Assembly (NCBI GenBank): GCA_031400935.1
Contig: JANNQV010000050.1
Location: forward strand, 1 to 52,759
Direction: 5' to 3'
Source: Armatimonadota bacterium
GTDB lineage: Bacteria > Armatimonadota > Fimbriimonadia > Fimbriimonadales > Fimbriimonadaceae
DNA length: 52,759 bases
Under the pieces are notes generated by a model. That model did no database searches and was not told the origin of the DNA. It worked only from the letters and a program-made list of their open reading frames with translations. Positions 50,036 through 52,759 of the stretch are shown here, one piece after another. Positions within the stretch are counted from its first letter, which is position 1. Every line of letters begins with the position of its first letter. A program made the translations under genes and the position numbers.

Positions 50036-51748
50036 TCAATCACTGAGCCGATCCAGCCATTTCGAATACAGCAATTTGGCCCTTTCGGAAGGGTCTGCGA
50101 TTTTCCGAACTCGATACATTGGTGAGGGAACAGCAACTTTTCTTAAATTCAGACTCAATGGAAGGCCGTTTCTAAAAATTCGAGCGGAATAGACCGGAGA
50201 TTCGTTGTCGCGCCACGATTGGCTAACGAATGGTTTTCCATCAAGCTCAGCAATCTTGTCCCCTTCAAGCAAGCCCATTGCGCTAATCTCGGGGCGAACT
50301 TCGCAAACAGTGGCTGACCGATCTACGTCAAATCCAAAGTCTTCGACTATTGAATTCTGGGGAAGAACTTCAAGTCCGATGTTTCGAAGCCGTTCGTAAG
50401 GCATTTCTTCTGTTGATCGGACTATAGAATTGTAAAGCGAGGTCAAATCCTTGCCTGCGATATGGTTGACAGCCAAACGAAGGTCGTCTTCCTCAAATCC
50501 TGGTTTTGGCAATGCATGATTGGCGTAAAGCAACCTCATTACATCGTCGAGCGAGCTTTTTCCGCTGGTCGCATCAAGAATCGCTGCATCCAATAAAAGC
50601 CCGCAGAGCAATCCTTTAGTGTAATAACTTAGGTCGCCAAACCCAAATCCTCCAGATTCCCAAGTGCTCAGACAAGCATCTTCCAATGTTTTCGTTCGGC
50701 GAGTCCGGCTCATTTGAAGTTCGTCAATTTGGTATCCGATCGCATTTAAGAGGTCGTTTTCATTCATTTGGCCTGAAGCGTAATGATGCAAGTGGGCGTA
50801 ATAGTCCGTTACTCCTTCCGAAAACCAGAGATTTCTGGTTCGGACTTGCTTGGCGTAGTCAAATGGGCCGAGAACTTTCGGGCGAATCTGCTTTACATTC
50901 CAAGCATGAAAATACTCATGGCTTGCCAGAGTTCCAAGTTCAAGTGGGTTTTCGAATTGAGTTGCGATAACGTTGCTGGCTCGATGCTCTAATCCGCCAG
51001 CAAAGTCGCCAACCGCTAAATGAATAATGTACAGATATTTTTTAAATGGCGCGCTTCCAAACAATTGAATGGCAGGCCGACTTGTGAGAGCAAGGCTGGC
51101 AGCAAGCAAGTCCATGTTCGGGTAGCGGACTGTTGGCGAAGCCACGACAACCTCAAACGGGACATTTGCAACCGTGAAACTCTTTCGAGACATTTGTCCA
51201 AGTTGAATTGGGTGGTCAATCAGTTCATCGTAATTGGCTGCCGAAAACCCGCCATTTGGAGCAACGGGCATCGCCGTAGCGACTTCCCAACCGGTCGGAG
51301 TTGTGATTTTTAGTGTGCACTTTTCGGTCGTTCTTTGATCTGGATACACGAATGCGCTGGGCCCGTTTACAAAAGCGTGCTTGCCGTCAACTTGTGTGCC
51401 AAAAAATCCCAAGCCTCCATCGTCGCCGAGCACCCGATAGGAAACAGTGATGGTTTCAACCCTGTCTAGAGAGGCTCGCCAAGTTCGGTCGCCACTTTTA
51501 GTGACTGTAATCTCTGCTCCACTCTCACGCCGAACTCGAAAATCTGAAATCTTGGTTTGGTAATTCTTGATTGTATAGAAGCCTGGACACCATGCGGGAA
51601 TGGAGAATTCGTTAGCTCCCGCCTTTGCCTCGAGTTCAACGTTGACGCGGACAGATTGGCTTGGCACGTCTACCGAAAGGGAGTAACGCAGGTCGGCAAA
51701 TACTGACGCACTGAGGATAGCAAACAACCCGACAAGAAGATATCGCAT
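50036..51748 (-). CDS. M61 glycyl aminopeptidase family with PDZ-like C-terminus
   Basis: PAWCPG.Y, GGLEH..S, HEYFHAWNVK.IRP, LWFSEGVTDYY, SYYTKG. Start at MRYLLVG. Confidence 0.92.
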   Translation of the reverse strand: MRYLLVGLFAILSASVFADLRYSLSVDVPSQSVRVNVELEAKAGANEFSIPAWCPGFYTIKNYQTKISDFRVRRESGAEITVTKSGDRTWRASLDRVETITVSYRVLGDDGGLGFFGTQVDGKHAFVNGPSAFVYPDQRTTEKCTLKITTPTGWEVATAMPVAPNGGFSAANYDELIDHPIQLGQMSRKSFTVANVPFEVVVASPTVRYPNMDLLAASLALTSRPAIQLFGSAPFKKYLYIIHLAVGDFAGGLEHRASNVIATQFENPLELGTLASHEYFHAWNVKQIRPKVLGPFDYAKQVRTRNLWFSEGVTDYYAHLHHYASGQMNENDLLNAIGYQIDELQMSRTRRTKTLEDACLSTWESGGFGFGDLSYYTKGLLCGLLLDAAILDATSGKSSLDDVMRLLYANHALPKPGFEEDDLRLAVNHIAGKDLTSLYNSIVRSTEEMPYERLRNIGLEVLPQNSIVEDFGFDVDRSATVCEVRPEISAMGLLEGDKIAELDGKPFVSQSWRDNESPVYSARIFRNGLPLSLNLRKVAVPSPMYRVRKIADPSERAKLLYSKWLDRLSD

Positions 51749-51953
51749 CTTAGTTTTCAATAATAGTATCCAACAGACGTTCATAAAATGCTGTTGAAAT
51801 CAAGAAAAATTTCGTAGAATCTAGCGAGATTTCTAGCTGGTATTGAAAATTCGTCAGAAATTTCCTTTAGAAAGGTTTGCGAAGCCAAACAATTCGAGAA
51901 TAAAAACGTCTTTACACCTTGCCGAGGGCTTACCTCGCTTTTTACGATAATTT

Positions 51954-52759
51954 ATGAGCAGTACATTGCCTTCTGGTGCAAGCGATATGGTCAAAGAGCT
52001 AGTCTCACGGCTCGGGCTGAAATACGTGGATTTGGAAGCTGAGAAGCCAGATCCAGAAGTCCTCGAACTCGCTCCAGGCGATTTTGCTCTAAAGCATCAA
52101 ATTTTGCCCATATACAAAGATGGCGGCCAGCTTTATGTAGCCATCGGGGCAATGAGCTCTCTGGCGGCGGTTGATGATCTCGCTGTCATTCTTGGGATTC
52201 CAACAGTTCCGGTTGCCGCAGATGCGGCTCTCATTCGTGAGAGAATAGAAGAAAAGTTTCTAGAGCACATTCTCGGGGAGCTTTCAGGCGATGATGGAAG
52301 CTATATCACCGAAATTGACGAGAACGCTGACCTCGCTGATCTTCAACGACTAGCTGGAGAAACGGCAGTTGTTCAAACCGTAAATCTTCTATTCGCACAG
52401 GCAGTTCGCGATGGTGCAAGCGACATTCATATTGAGCCGTACGAGCGAGAAGTCAAGGTTCGGTACCGAATAGACGGCATGTTGAGAGACATGATGCGAC
52501 CTTCCAAGAGGATGCACGCCGCACTGGTTTCCCGAATCAAAATCCTCGGCGAAATGAACATCGCCGAACGAAGGCTTCCGCAGGACGGACGAATCAAGCT
52601 CACCATCGCCGGAAGGCAGATTGACGTTCGTGTTTCTATTGTCCCTACGGTTTTTGGCGAACGCGCCGTCATGAGAATTCTCGACAAGGGAACCGCCATG
52701 ATGGGTATGGAAGAGCTAGGAATGAACCTAGACGTGCTCGAAAAGTACCGCCGACTCAT
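51954..52759 (+). CDS. GspE/PilB-family secretion ATPase, N-terminal part (runs off window end)
   Basis: Manual translation gives MSSTLPSG...ASDIHIEP...RYRIDGML...RIKILGEMNIAERRLPQDGRI...RVSIVPTVFGERAVMRILD. Absent from the ORF track because it is open-ended. Confidence 0.93.
   Translation, partial: MSSTLPSGASDMVKELVSRLGLKYVDLEAEKPDPEVLELAPGDFALKHQILPIYKDGGQLYVAIGAMSSLAAVDDLAVILGIPTVPVAADAALIRERIEEKFLEHILGELSGDDGSYITEIDENADLADLQRLAGETAVVQTVNLLFAQAVRDGASDIHIEPYEREVKVRYRIDGMLRDMMRPSKRMHAALVSRIKILGEMNIAERRLPQDGRIKLTIAGRQIDVRVSIVPTVFGERAVMRILDKGTAMMGMEELGMNLDVLEKYRRL

Noticed and set aside
51790..51953. c-di-GMP riboswitch upstream of the GspE/PilB gene
   Set aside because: No convincing GGCAAAC/GACGCAAAGC-type architecture is visible; an Rfam scan would be needed to exclude it fully.
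52427..52759. Minus-strand 110-aa ORF (and plus-strand 193..477)
   Set aside because: These are antisense shadows of the GspE/PilB gene and of guaB respectively.

Overview
A 52.8 kb bacterial chromosomal segment of moderate GC. Gene content and style suggest Armatimonadota/Fimbriimonadaceae, which is inference only. Most of it is housekeeping and envelope genes: partial guaB, ligA, an OGG1-like glycosylase, rel, a nucleoside/sugar ABC transporter, kdsA, sdhB, rsgA, lysS, dxr, rseP, pfk, gcvPB, a partial GspE/PilB ATPase and many peptidases. I recognised no rRNA, tRNA or CRISPR array. The standout is a ~4.7 kb accessory island right after rel (~9000-13800). It carries an HNH nuclease and a REP-associated HUH/Y1 tyrosine transposase (RAYT) flanked by a perfect 40-bp inverted repeat. 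After it come clusters of related REP-like hairpins (GGGTG head, co-varying stems, variable loops) and shorter half-sites. These clusters alternate with single short genes for exported proteins or lipoproteins, each bracketed by outward-facing motif copies. The layout resembles a RAYT/REP-built gene-cassette array, integron-like in logic but without an integrase; this functional reading is a hypothesis. Several other families of short intergenic repeats and pervasive leaderless-type promoters are also visible.
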